Assembly: GCA_964057225.1 (NCBI GenBank)
Contig: OZ059897.1
Span: 22,072,001-22,136,000, forward strand
Origin: Auanema rhodensis
Taxonomy: Eukaryota; Animalia; Nematoda
Direction of reading: 5' to 3'
DNA: 64,000 nucleotides
The translations under genes were made by a program, and so were the position numbers. The notes under the pieces were generated by a model. That model made no database searches, was not told the origin of the DNA, and worked only from the letters and a program-made list of their open reading frames with translations. Positions 11,969 through 27,100 of this stretch are shown here, in pieces; positions within the stretch are counted from its first letter, which is position 1, and each line of letters begins with the position of its first letter.

Positions 11969-14900
11969 TATTAGTCTAAAAACAAATTTTTATTGATATT
12001 GGTGCATGGTAACCATGACTTTGAAATTTACGTGAACTTTAATTTATGCTAATTAAATGTACACGTGATGTGCACTTGGTATGTAACTCGCTTCACGTGA
12101 AAGATAAAGAGATGCGGTTTTCAAAATTAGATTCCCCATGTCCATATTAGTCTAAAAACAAATTTTTATTGATATTGGTTCATGGTAACCATGACTTTGA
12201 AATTTACGTGAACTTTAATTTATGCTAATTAAATGTACACGTGATGTGCACTTGGTATGTAACTCGCTTCACGTGAAAGATAAAGAGATGCGGTTTTCAA
12301 AATTAGATTCCCCATGTCCATATTAGTCTAAAAACAAATTTTTATTGATATTGGTTCATGGTAACCATGACTTTGAAATTTACGTGAACTTTAATTTATG
12401 CTAATTAAATGTACACGTGATGTGCACTTGGTATGTAACTCGCTTCACGTGAAAGATAAAGAGATGCGGTTTTCAAAATTAGATTCCCCATGTCCATATT
12501 AGTCTAAAAACAAATTTTTATTAATATTGGTTCATGGTAACCATGACTTTGAAATTTACGTGAACTTTAATTTATGCTAATTAAATGTACACGTGATGTG
12601 CACTTGGTATGTAACTCGCTTCACGTGAAAGATAAAGAGATGCGGTTTTCAAAATTAGATTCCCCATGTCCATATTAGTCTAAAAACAAATTTTTATTGA
12701 TATTGCTTCATGGTAACCATGACTTTGAAATTTACGTGAACTTTAATTTATGCTAATTAAATGTACACGTGATGTGCACTTGGTATGTAACTCGCTTCAC
12801 GTGAAAGATAAAGAGATGCGGTTTTCAAAATTAGATTCCCCATGTCCATATTAGTCTAAAAACAAATTTTTATTGATATTGGTGCATGGTAACCATGACT
12901 TTGAAATTTACGTGAACTTTAATTTATGCTAATTAAATGTACACGTGATGTGCACTTGGTATGTAACTCGCTTCACGTGAAAGATAAAGAGATGCGGTTT
13001 TCAAAATTAGATTCCCCATGTCCATATTAGTCTAAAAACAAATTTTTATTGATATTGGTTCATGGTAACCATGACTTTGAAATTTACGTGAACTTTAATT
13101 TATGCTAATTAAATGTACACGTGATGTGCACTTGGTATGTAACTCGCTTCACGTGAAAGATAAAGAGATGCGGTTTTCAAAATTAGATTCCCCATGTCCA
13201 TATTAGTCTAAAAACAAATTTTTATTGATATTGGTTCATGGTAACCATGACTTTGAAATTTACGTGAACTTTAATTTATGCTAATTAAATGTACACGTGA
13301 TGTGCACTTGGTATGTAACTCGCTTCACGTGAAAGATAAAGAGATGTGGTTTTCAAAATTAGATTCCCCATGTCCATATTAGTCTAAAAACAAATTTTTA
13401 TTGATATTGGTTCATGGTAACCATGACTTTGAAATTTACGTGAACTTTAATTTATGCTAATTAAATGTACACGTGATGTGCACTTGGTATGTAACTCGCT
13501 TCACGTGAAAGATAAAGAGATGCGGTTGTCAAAATTAGATTCCCCATGTCCATATTAGTCTAAAAACAAATTTTTATTGATATTGGTTCATGGTAACCAT
13601 GACTTTGAAATTTACGTGAACTTTAATTTATGCTAATTAAATGTACACGTGATGTGCACTTGGTATGTAACTCGCTTCACGTGAAAGATAAAGAGATGCG
13701 GTTTCCAAAATTAGATTCCCCATGTCCATATTAGTCTAAAAACAAATTTTTATTGATATTGCTTCATGGTAACCATGACTTTGAAATTTACGTGAACTTT
13801 AATTTATGCTAATTAAATGTACACGTGATGTGCACTTGGTATGTAACTCGCTTCACGTGAAAGATAAAGAGATGCGGTTTTCAAAATTAGATTCCCCATG
13901 TCCATATTAGTCTAAAAACAAATTTTTATTGATATTGGTGCATGGTAACCATGACTTTGAAATTTACGTGAACTTTAATTTATGCTAATTAAATGTACAC
14001 GTGATGTGCACTTGGTATGTAACTCGCTTCACGTGAAAGATAAAGAGATGCGGTTTTCAAAATTAGATTCCCCATGTCCATATTAGTCTAAAAACAAATT
14101 TTTATTGATATTGGTTCATGGTAACCATGACTTTGAAATTTACGTGAACTTTAATTTATGCTAATTAAATGTACACGTGATGTGCACTTGGTATGTAACT
14201 CGCTTCACGTGAAAGATAAAGAGATGCGGTTTTCAAAATTAGATTCCCCATGTCCATATTAGTCTAAAAACAAATTTTTATTGATATTGGTTCATGGTAA
14301 CCATGACTTTGAAATTTACGTGAACTTTAATTTATGCTAATTAAATGTACACGTGATGTGCACTTGGTATGTAACTCGCTTCACGTGAAAGATAAAGAGA
14401 TGCGGTTTTCAAAATTAGATTCCCCATGTCCATATTAGTCTAAAAACAAATTTTTATTAATATTGGTTCATGGTAACCATGACTTTGAAATTTACGTGAA
14501 CTTTAATTTATGCTAATTAAATGTACACGTGATGTGCACTTGGTATGTAACTCGCTTCACGTGAAAGATAAAGAGATGCGGTTTTCAAAATTAGATTCCC
14601 CATGTCCATATTAGTCTAAAAACAAATTTTTATTGATATTGCTTCATGGTAACCATGACTTTGAAATTTACGTGAACTTTAATTTATGCTAATTAAATGT
14701 ACACGTGATGTGCACTTGGTATGTAACTCGCTTCACGTGAAAGATAAAGAGATGCGGTTTTCAAAATTAGATTCCCCATGTCCATATTAGTCTAAAAACA
14801 AATTTTTATTGATATTGGTGCATGGTAACCATGACTTTGAAATTTACGTGAACTTTAATTTATGCTAATTAAATGTACACGTGATGTGCACTTGGTATGT

Positions 14901-15664
14901 AACTCGCTTCACGTGAAAGATAAAGAGATGCGGTTTTCAAAATTAGATTCCCCATGTCCATATTAGTCTAAAAACAAATTTTTATTGATATTGGTTCATG
15001 GTAACCATGACTTTGAAATTTACGTGAACTTTAATTTATGCTAATTAAATGTACACGTGATGTGCACTTGGTATGTAACTCGCTTCACGTGAAAGATAAA
15101 GAGATGCGGTTTTCAAAATTAGATTCCCCATGTCCATATTAGTCTAAAAACAAATTTTTATTGATATTGGTTCATGGTAACCATGACTTTGAAATTTACG
15201 TGAACTTTAATTTATGCTAATTAAATGTACACGTGATGTGCACTTGGTATGTAACTCGCTTCACGTGAAAGATAAAGAGATGTGGTTTTCAAAATTAGAT
15301 TCCCCATGTCCATATTAGTCTAAAAACAAATTTTTATTGATATTGGTTCATGGTAACCATGACTTTGAAATTTACGTGAACTTTAATTTATGCTAATTAA
15401 ATGTACACGTGATGTGCACTTGGTATGTAACTCGCTTCACGTGAAAGATAAAGAGATGCGGTTGTCAAAATTAGATTCCCCATGTCCATATTAGTCTAAA
15501 AACAAATTTTTATTGATATTGGTTCATGGTAACCATGACTTTGAAATTTACGTGAACTTTAATTTATGCTAATTAAATGTACACGTGATGTGCACTTGGT
15601 ATGTAACTCGCTTCACGTGAAAGATAAAGAGATGCGGTTTCCAAAATTAGATTCCCCATGTCCA
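11793..15664. repeat. Tandem 11-monomer duplication (2 x 1936 bp; M68-78 / M79-89), overlapping an earlier 5-monomer duplication (M67-71 / M72-76)
   Basis: Using the allele at monomer positions 33-36 (T=ggtt, G=ggtg, C=gctt, A=agtt), the order C,G,T,T,ttAatat,C,G,T,gatgTgg,ggttGtc,gtttCc appears twice. Confidence 0.88.
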
Positions 15665-18600
15665 TATTAGTCTAAAAACAAATTTTTATTGATATTGGTT
15701 CATGGTAACCATGACTTTGAAATTTACGTGAACTTTAATTTATGCTAATTAAATGTACACGTGATGTGCACTTGGTATGTAACTCGCTTCACGTGAAAGA
15801 TAAAGAGATGCGGTTTTCAAAATTAGATTCCCCATGTCCATATTAGTCTAAAAACAAATTTTTATTGATATTGGTGCATGGTAACCATGACTTTGAAATT
15901 TACGTGAACTTTAATTTATGCTAATTAAATGTACACATGATGTGCACTTGGTATGTAACTCGCTTCACGTGAAAGATAAAGAGATGCGGTTTTCAAAATT
16001 AGATTCCTCATGTCCATATTAGTCTAAAAACAAATTTTTATTGATATTAGTTCATGGTAACCATGACTTTGAAATATACGTGAACTTTAATTTATGCTAA
16101 TTAAATGTACACGTGATGTGCACTTGGTATGTAACTCGCTTCACGTGAAAGATAAAGAGATGCGGTTTTCAAAATTAGATTCCCCATGTCCATATTAGTC
16201 TAAAAACAAATTTTTATTGATATTGGTTCATGGTAACCATGACTTTGAAATTTACGTGAACTTTAATTTATGCTAATTAAATGTACACGTGATGTGCACT
16301 TGGTATGTAACTCGCTTCACGTGAAAGATAAAGAGATGCGGTTTTCAAAATTAGATTCCCCATGTCCATATTAGTCTAAAAACAAATTTTTATTGATATT
16401 GGTTCATGGTAACCATGACTTTGAAATTTACGTGAACTTTAATTTATGCTAATTAAATGTACACGTGATGTGCACTTGGTATGTAACTCGCTTCACGTGA
16501 AAGATAAAGAGATGCGGTTTTCAAAATTAGATTCCCCATGTCCATATTAGTCTAAAAACAAATTTTTATTGATATTGGTTCATGGTAACCATGACTTTGA
16601 AATTTACGTGAACTTTAATTTATGCTAATTAAATGTACACGTGATGTGCACTTGGTATGTAACTCGCTTCACGTGAAAGATAAAGAGATGCGGTTTTCAA
16701 AATTAGATTCCCCATGTCCATATTAGTCTAAAAACAAATTTTTATTGATATTGGTGCATGGTAACCATGACTTTGAAATTTACGTGAACTTTAATTTATG
16801 CTAATTAAATGAACACGTGATGTGCACTTGGTATGTAACTCGCTTCACGTGAAAGATAAAGAGATGCGGTTTTCAAAATTAGATTCCCCATGTCCATATT
16901 AGTCCAAAAACAAATTTTTATTGATATTGGTGCATGGTAACCATGATTTTGAAATTTACGTGAACTTTAATTTATGCTAATTAAATGTACACGTGATGTG
17001 CACTTGGTATGTAACTCGCTTCACGTGAAAGATGAAGAGATGCGGTTTTCGAAATTAGATTCCTCATGTCCATATTAGTCTAAAAACAAATTTTTATTGA
17101 TATTGGTTCATGGTAACCATGACTTTGAAATTTACGTGAACTTTAATTTATGCTAATTAAATGTACACGTGATGTGCACTTGGTATGTAACTCGCTACAC
17201 GTGAAAGATAAAGAGATGCGGTTTTCAAAATTAGATTCCCCATGTCCATATTAGTCTAAAAACAAATTTTTATTGATATTGGTTCATGGTAACCATGACT
17301 TTGAATTTTACGTGAACTTTAATTTATGCTAATTAAATGTACACGTGATGTGCACTTGGTATGTAACTCGCTTCACGTGAAAGATAAAGAGATGCGGTTT
17401 TCAAAATTAGATTCCCCATGTCCATATTAGTCTAAAAACAAATTTTTATTGATATTGGTTCATGGTAACCATGACTTTGAAATTTACGTGAACTTTAATT
17501 TATGCTAATTAAATGTACACGTGATGTGCACTTGGTATGTAACTCGCTTCACGTGAAAGATAAAGAGATGCGGTTTTCAAAATTAGATTCCCCATGTCCA
17601 TATTAGTCTAAAAACAAATTTTTATTGATATTGGTTCATGGTAACCATGACTTTGAAATTTACGTGAACTTTAATTTATGCTAATTAAATGTACACGTGA
17701 TGTGCACTTGGTATGTAACTCGCTTCACGTGAAAGATAAAGAGATGCGGTTTTCAAAATTAGATTCCCCATGTCCATATTAGTCTAAAAACAAATTTTTA
17801 TTGATATTGGTTCATGGTAACCATGACTTTGAAATTTACGTGAACTTTAATTTATGCTAATTAAATGTACACGTGATGTGCACTTGGTATGTAACTCGCT
17901 TCACGTGAAAGATAAAGAGATGCGGTTTTCAAAATTAGATTCCCCATGTCCATATTAGTCTAAAAACAAATTTTTATTGATATTGGTTCATGGTAACCAT
18001 GACTTTGAAATTTACGTGAACTTTAATTTATGCTAATTAAATGTACACGTGATGTGCACTTGGTATGTAACTCGCTTCACGTGAAAGATAAAGAGATGCG
18101 GTTGTCAAAATTAGATTCCCCATGTCCATATTAGTCTAAAAACAAATTTTTATTGATATTGGTTCATGGTAACCATGACTTTGAAATTTACGTGAACTTT
18201 AATTTATGCTAATTAAATGTACACGTGATGTGCACTTGGTATGTAACTCGCTTCACGTGAAAGATAAAGAGATGCGGTTTCCAAAATTAGATTCCCCATG
18301 TCCATATTAGTCTAAAAACAAATTTTTATTGATATTGGTTCATGGTAACCATGACTTTGAAATTTACGTGAACTTTAATTTATGCTAATTAAATGTACAC
18401 GTGATGTGCACTTGGTATGTAACTCGCTTCACGTGAAAGATAAAGAGATGCGGTTTTCAAAATTAGATTCCCCATGTCCATATTAGTCTAAAAACAAATT
18501 TTTATTGATATTGGTGCATGGTAACCATGACTTTGAAATTTACGTGAACTTTAATTTATGCTAATTAAATGTACACATGATGTGCACTTGGTATGTAACT

Positions 18601-20240
18601 CGCTTCACGTGAAAGATAAAGAGATGCGGTTTTCAAAATTAGATTCCTCATGTCCATATTAGTCTAAAAACAAATTTTTATTGATATTAGTTCATGGTAA
18701 CCATGACTTTGAAATATACGTGAACTTTAATTTATGCTAATTAAATGTACACGTGATGTGCACTTGGTATGTAACTCGCTTCACGTGAAAGATAAAGAGA
18801 TGCGGTTTTCAAAATTAGATTCCCCATGTCCATATTAGTCTAAAAACAAATTTTTATTGATATTGGTTCATGGTAACCATGACTTTGAAATTTACGTGAA
18901 CTTTAATTTATGCTAATTAAATGTACACGTGATGTGCACTTGGTATGTAACTCGCTTCACGTGAAAGATAAAGAGATGCGGTTTTCAAAATTAGATTCCC
19001 CATGTCCATATTAGTCTAAAAACAAATTTTTATTGATATTGGTTCATGGTAACCATGACTTTGAAATTTACGTGAACTTTAATTTATGCTAATTAAATGT
19101 ACACGTGATGTGCACTTGGTATGTAACTCGCTTCACGTGAAAGATAAAGAGATGCGGTTTTCAAAATTAGATTCCCCATGTCCATATTAGTCTAAAAACA
19201 AATTTTTATTGATATTGGTTCATGGTAACCATGACTTTGAAATTTACGTGAACTTTAATTTATGCTAATTAAATGTACACGTGATGTGCACTTGGTATGT
19301 AACTCGCTTCACGTGAAAGATAAAGAGATGCGGTTTTCAAAATTAGATTCCCCATGTCCATATTAGTCTAAAAACAAATTTTTATTGATATTGGTGCATG
19401 GTAACCATGACTTTGAAATTTACGTGAACTTTAATTTATGCTAATTAAATGAACACGTGATGTGCACTTGGTATGTAACTCGCTTCACGTGAAAGATAAA
19501 GAGATGCGGTTTTCAAAATTAGATTCCCCATGTCCATATTAGTCCAAAAACAAATTTTTATTGATATTGGTGCATGGTAACCATGATTTTGAAATTTACG
19601 TGAACTTTAATTTATGCTAATTAAATGTACACGTGATGTGCACTTGGTATGTAACTCGCTTCACGTGAAAGATGAAGAGATGCGGTTTTCGAAATTAGAT
19701 TCCTCATGTCCATATTAGTCTAAAAACAAATTTTTATTGATATTGGTTCATGGTAACCATGACTTTGAAATTTACGTGAACTTTAATTTATGCTAATTAA
19801 ATGTACACGTGATGTGCACTTGGTATGTAACTCGCTACACGTGAAAGATAAAGAGATGCGGTTTTCAAAATTAGATTCCCCATGTCCATATTAGTCTAAA
19901 AACAAATTTTTATTGATATTGGTTCATGGTAACCATGACTTTGAATTTTACGTGAACTTTAATTTATGCTAATTAAATGTACACGTGATGTGCACTTGGT
20001 ATGTAACTCGCTTCACGTGAAAGATAAAGAGATGCGGTTTTCAAAATTAGATTCCCCATGTCCATATTAGTCTAAAAACAAATTTTTATTGATATTGGTT
20101 CATGGTAACCATGACTTTGAAATTTACGTGAACTTTAATTTATGCTAATTAAATGTACACGTGATGTGCACTTGGTATGTAACTCGCTTCACGTGAAAGA
20201 TAAAGAGATGCGGTTTTCAAAATTAGATTCCTCATGTCCA
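15313..20240. repeat. Block duplicated at a 15-monomer offset (2640 bp; M88-100 / M103-115)
   Basis: ggttGtc, gtttCc, acacAt plus ccTca, Agtt plus aatAta, gAacac, gtcCaa plus gaTttt plus gatGaag plus ttcGaaa, gctAcac and gaaTttt all recur at +2640. Confidence 0.9.
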
Positions 20241-20768
20241 TATTAGTCTAAAAACAAATTTTTATTGATATTGGTTCATGGTAACCATGACTTTGAAATT
20301 TACGTGAACTTTAATTTATGCTAATTAAATGTACACGTGATGTGCACTTGGTATGTAACTCGCTACACGTGAAAGATAAAGAGATGCGGTTTTCAAAATT
20401 AGATTCCCCATGTCCATATTAGTCTAAAAACAAATTTTTATTGATATTGGTTCATGGTAACCATGACTTTGAATTTTACGTGAACTTTAATTTATGCTAA
20501 TTAAATGTACACGTGATGTGCACTTGGTATGTAACTCGCTTCACGTGAAAGATAAAGAGATGCGGTTTTCAAAATTAGATTCCCCATGTCCATATTAGTC
20601 TAAAAACAAATTTTTATTGATATTGGTTCATGGTAACCATGACTTTGAAATTTACGTGAACTTTAATTTATGCTAATTAAATGTACACGTGATGTGCACT
20701 TGGTATGTAACTCGCTTCACGTGAAAGATAAAGAGATGCGGTTTTCAAAATTAGATTCCTCATGTCCA
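19713..20768. repeat. Tandem 3-monomer duplication (2 x 528 bp; M113-115 / M116-118)
   Basis: The order gctAcac, gaaTttt, ccTca appears twice in succession. Confidence 0.85.
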
Positions 20769-23700
20769 TATTAGTCTAAAAACAAATTTTTATTGATATT
20801 GGTTCATGGTAACCATGACTTTGAAATTTACGTGAACTTTAATTTATGCTAATTAAATGTACACGTGATGTGCACTTGGTATGTAACTCGCTTCACGTGA
20901 AAGATAAAGAGATGCGGTTTTCAAAATTAGATTCCCCATGTCCATATTAGTCTAAAAACAAATTTTTATTGATATTGGTTCATGGTAACCATGACTTTGA
21001 AATTTACGTGAACTTTAATTTATGCTAATTAAATGTACACGTGATGTGCACTTGGTATGTAACTCGCTTCACGTGAAAGATAAAGAGATGCGGTTTTCAA
21101 AATTAGATTCCCCATGTCCATATTAGTCTAAAAACAAATTTTTATTGATATTGGTTCATGGTAACCATGACTTTGAAATTTACGTGAACTTTAATTTATG
21201 CTAATTAAATGTACACGTGATGTGCACTTGGTATGTAACTCGCTTCACGTGAAAGATAAAGAGATGCGGTTTTCAAAATTAGATTCCCCATGTCCATATT
21301 AGTCTAAAAACAAATTTTTATTGATATTGGTTCATGGTAACCATGACTTTGAATTTTACGTGAACTTTAATTTATGCTAATTAAATGTACACGTGATGTG
21401 CACTTGGTATGTAACTCGCTTCACGTGAAAGATAAAGAGATGCGGTTTTCAAAATTAGATTCCCCATGTCCATATTAGTCTAAAAACAAATTTTTATTGA
21501 TATTGGTTCATGGTAACCATGACTTTGAAATTTACGTGAACTTTAATTTATGCTAATTAAATGTACACGTGATGTGCACTTGGTATGTAACTCGCTTCAC
21601 GTGAAAGATAAAGAGATGCGGTTTTCAAAATTAGATTCCCCATGTCCATATTAGTCTAAAAACAAATTTTTATTGATATTGGTTCATGGTAACCATGACT
21701 TTGAAATTTACGTGAACTTTAATTTATGCTAATTAAATGTACACGTGATGTGCACTTGGTATGTAACTCGCTTCACGTGAAAGATAAAGAGATGCGGTTT
21801 TCAAAATTAGATTCCCCATGTCCATATTAGTCTAAAAACAAATTTTTATTGATATTGGTTCATGGTAACCATGACTTTGAAATTTACGTGAACTTTAATT
21901 TATGCTAATTAAATGTACACGTGATGTGCACTTGGTATGTAACTCGCTTCACGTGAAAGATAAAGAGATGCGGTTTTCAAAATTAGATTCCCCATGTCCA
22001 GATTAGTCTAAAAACAAATTTTTATTGATATTGGTTCATGGTAACCATGACTTTGAAATTTACGTGAACTTTAATTTATGCTAATTAAATGTACACGTGA
22101 TGTGCACTTGGTATGTAACTCGCTTCACGTGAAAGATAAAGAGATGCGGTTTTCAAAATTAGATTCCCCATGTCCATATTAGTCTAAAAACAAATTTTTA
22201 TTGATATTGGTTCATGGTAACCATGACTTTGAAATTTACGTGAACTTTAATTTATGCTAATTAAATGTACACGTGATGTGCACTTGGTATGTAACTCGCT
22301 TCACGTGAAAGATGAAGAGATGCGGTTTTCAAAATTAGATTCCCCATGTCCATATTAGTCTAAAAACAAATTTTTATTGATATTGGTTCATGGTAACCAT
22401 GACTTTGAAATTTACGTGAACTTTAATTTATGCTAATTAAATGTACACGTGATGTGCACTTGGTATGTAACTCGCTACACGTGAAAGATAAAGAGATGCG
22501 GTTTTCAAAATTAGATTCCCCATGTCCATATTAGTCTAAAAACAAATTTTTATTGATATTGGTTCATGGTAACCATGACTTTGAATTTTACGTGAACTTT
22601 AATTTATGCTAATTAAATGTACACGTGATGTGCACTTGGTATGTAACTCGCTTCACGTGAAAGATAAAGAGATGCGGTTTTCAAAATTAGATTCCCCATG
22701 TTCATATTAGTCTAAAAACAAATTTTTATTGATATTGGTTCATGGTAACCATGACTTTGAAATTTACGTGAACTTTAATTTATGCTAATTAAATGTACAC
22801 GTGATGTGCACTTGGTATGTAACTCGCTTCACGTGAAAGATAAAGAGATGCGGTTTTCAAAATTAGATTCCCCATGTCTATATTAGTCTAAAAACAAATT
22901 TTTATTGATATTGGTTCATGGTAACCATGACTTTGAATTTTACGTGAACTTTAATTTATGCTAATTAAATGTACACGTGATGTGCACTTGGTATGTAACT
23001 CGCTTCACGTGAAAGATAAAGAGATGCGGTTTTCAAAATTAGATTCCCCATGTCCATATTAGTCTAAAAACAAATTTTTATTGATATTGGTGCATGGTAA
23101 CCATGACTTTGAAATTTACGTGAACTTTAATTTATGCTAATTAAATGTACACGTGATGTGCACTTGGTATGTAACTCGCTTCACGTGAAAGATAAAGAGA
23201 TGCGGTTTTCAAAATTAGATTCCCCATGTCCATATTAGTCTAAAAACAAATTTTTATTGATATTGGTTCATGGTAACCATGACTTTGAAATTTACGTGAA
23301 CTTTAATTTATGCTAATTAAATGTACACGTGATGTGCACTTGGTATGTAACTCGCTTCACGTGAAAGATAAAGAGATGCGGTTTTCAAAATTAGATTCCC
23401 CATGTCCATATTAGTCTAAAAACAAATTTTTATTGATATTGGTTCATGGTAACCATGACTTTGAAATTTACGTGAACTTTAATTTATGCTAATTAAATGT
23501 ACACGTGATGTGCACTTGGTATGTAACTCGCTTCACGTGAAAGATAAAGAGATGCGGTTTTCAAAATTAGATTCCCCATGTCCATATTAGTCTAAAAACA
23601 AATTTTTATTGATATTGGTTCATGGTAACCATGACTTTGAAATTTACGTGAACTTTAATTTATGCTAATTAAATGTACACGTGATGTGCACTTGGTATGT

Positions 23701-24112
23701 AACTCGCTTCACGTGAAAGATAAAGAGATGCGGTTGTCAAAATTAGATTCCCCTTGTCCATATTAGTCTAAAAACAAATTTTTATTGATATTGGTTCATG
23801 GTAACCATGACTTTGAAATTTACGTGAACTTTAATTTATGCTAATTAAATGTACACGTGATGTGCACTTGGTATGTAACTCGCTTCACGTGAAAGATAAA
23901 GAGATGCGGTTTCCAAAATTAGATTCCCCATGTCCATATTAGTCTAAAAACAAATTTTTATTGATATTGGTTCATGGTAACCATGACTTTGAAATTTACG
24001 TGAACTTTAATTTATGCTAATTAAATGTACACGTGATGTGCACTTGGTATGTAACTCGCTTCACGTGAAAGATAAAGAGATGCGGTTTTCAAAATTAGAT
24101 TCCCCATGTCCA

Positions 24113-27100
24113 TATTAGTCTAAAAACAAATTTTTATTGATATTGGTGCATGGTAACCATGACTTTGAAATTTACGTGAACTTTAATTTATGCTAATTAA
24201 ATGTACACATGATGTACACTTGGTATGTAACTCGCTTCACGTGAAAGATAAAGAGATGCGGTTTTCAAAATTAGATTCCTCATGTCCATATTAGTCTAAA
24301 AACAAATTTTTATTGATATTAGTTCATGGTAACCATGACTTTGAAATATACGTGAACTTTAATTTATGCTAATTAAATGTACACGTGATGTGCACTTGGT
24401 ATGTAACTCGCTTCACGTGAAAGATAAAGAGATGCGGTTTTCAAAATTAGATTCCCCATGTCCATATTAGTCTAAAAACAAATTTTTATTGATATTGGTT
24501 CATGGTAACCATGACTTTGAAATTTACGTGAACTTTAATTTATGCTAATTAAATGTACACGTGATGTGCACTTGGTATGTAACTCGCTTCACGTGAAAGA
24601 TAAAGAGATGCGGTTTTCAAAATTAGATTCCCCATGTCCATATTAGTCTAAAAACAAATTTTTATTGATATTGGTTCATGGTAACCATGACTTTGAAATT
24701 TACGTGAACTTTAATTTATGCTAATTAAATGTACACGTGATGTGCACTTGGTATGTAACTCGCTTCACGTGAAAGATAAAGAGATGCGGTTTTCAAAATT
24801 AGATTCCCCATGTCCATATTAGTCTAAAAACAAATTTTTATTGATATTGGTTCATGGTAACCATGACTTTGAAATTTACGTGAACTTTAATTTATGCTAA
24901 TTAAATGTACACGTGATGTGCACTTGGTATGTAACTCGCTTCACGTGAAAGATAAAGAGATGCGGTTTTCAAAATTAGATTCCCCATGTCCATATTAGTC
25001 TAAAAACAAATTTTTATTGATATTGGTGCATGGTAACCATGACTTTGAAATTTACGTGAACTTTAATTTATGCTAATTAAATGAACACGTGATGTGCACT
25101 TGGTATGTAACTCGCTTCACGTGAAAGATAAAGAGATGCGGTTTTCAAAATTAGATTCCCCATGTCCATATTAGTCCAAAAACAAATTTTTATTGATATT
25201 GGTGCATGGTAACCATGATTTTGAAATTTACGTGAACTTTAATTTATGCTAATTAAATGTACACGTGATGTGCACTTGGTATGTAACTCGCTTCACGTGA
25301 AAGATGAAGAGATGCGGTTTTCGAAATTAGATTCCCCATGTCCATATTAGTCTAAAAACAAATTTTTATTGATATTGGTTCATGGTAACCATGACTTTGA
25401 AATTTACGTGAACTTTAATTTATGCTAATTAAATGTACACGTGATGTGCACTTGGTATGTAACTCGCTACACGTGAAAGATAAAGAGATGCGGTTTTCAA
25501 AATTAGATTCCCCATGTCCATATTAGTCTAAAAACAAATTTTTATTGATATTGGTTCATGGTAACCATGACTTTGAATTTTACGTGAACTTTAATTTATG
25601 CTAATTAAATGTACACGTGATGTGCACTTGGTATGTAACTCGCTTCACGTGAAAGATAAAGAGATGCGGTTTTCAAAATTAGATTCCCCATGTCCATATT
25701 AGTCTAAAAACAAATTTTTATTGATATTGGTTCATGGTAACCATGACTTTGAAATTTACGTGAACTTTAATTTATGCTAATTAAATGTACACGTGATGTG
25801 CACTTGTTATGTAACTCGCTTCACGTGAAAGATAAAGAGATGCGGTTTTCAAAATTAGATTCCTCATGTCCATATTAGTCTAAAAACAAATTTTTATTGA
25901 TATTGGTTCATGGTAACCATGACTTTGAAATTTACGTGAACTTTAATTTATGCTAATTAAATGTACACGTGATGTGCACTTGGTATGTAACTCGCTTCAC
26001 GTGAAAGATAAAGAGATGCGGTTTTCAAAATTAGATTCCCCATGTCCATATTAGTCTAAAAACAAATTTTTATTGATATTGGTTCATGGTAACCATGACT
26101 TTGAAATTTACGTGAACTTTAATTTATGCTAATTAAATGTACACGTGATGTGCACTTGGTATGTAACTCGCTTCACGTGAAAGATAAAGAGATGCGGTTT
26201 TCAAAATTAGATTCCCCATGTCCATATTAGTCTAAAAACAAATTTTTATTGATATTGGTTCATGGTAACCATGACTTTGAAATTTACGTGAACTTTAATT
26301 TATGCTAATTAAATGTACACGTGATGTGCACTTGGTATGTAACTCGCTTCACGTGAAAGATAAAGAGATGCGGTTTTCAAAATTAGATTCCCCATGTCCA
26401 TATTAGTCTAAAAACAAATTTTTATTGATATTGGTGCATGGTAACCATGACTTTGAAATTTACGTGAACTTTAATTTATGCTAATTAAATGTACACATGA
26501 TGTGCACTTGGTATGTAACTCGCTTCACGTGAAAGATAAAGAGATGCGGTTTTCAAAATTAGATTCCTCATGTCCATATTAGTCTAAAAACAAATTTTTA
26601 TTGATATTAGTTCATGGTAACCATGACTTTGAAATATACGTGAACTTTAATTTATGCTAATTAAATGTACACGTGATGTGCACTTGGTATGTAACTCGCT
26701 TCACGTGAAAGATAAAGAGATGCGGTTTTCAAAATTAGATTCCCCATGTCCATATTAGTCTAAAAACAAATTTTTATTGATATTGGTTCATGGTAACCAT
26801 GACTTTGAAATTTACGTGAACTTTAATTTATGCTAATTAAATGTACACGTGATGTGCACTTGGTATGTAACTCGCTTCACGTGAAAGATAAAGAGATGCG
26901 GTTTTCAAAATTAGATTCCCCATGTCCATATTAGTCTAAAAACAAATTTTTATTGATATTGGTTCATGGTAACCATGACTTTGAAATTTACGTGAACTTT
27001 AATTTATGCTAATTAAATGTACACGTGATGTGCTTTTGGTATGTAACTCGCTTCACGTGAAAGATAAAGAGATGCGGTTTTCAAAATTAGATTCCCCATG

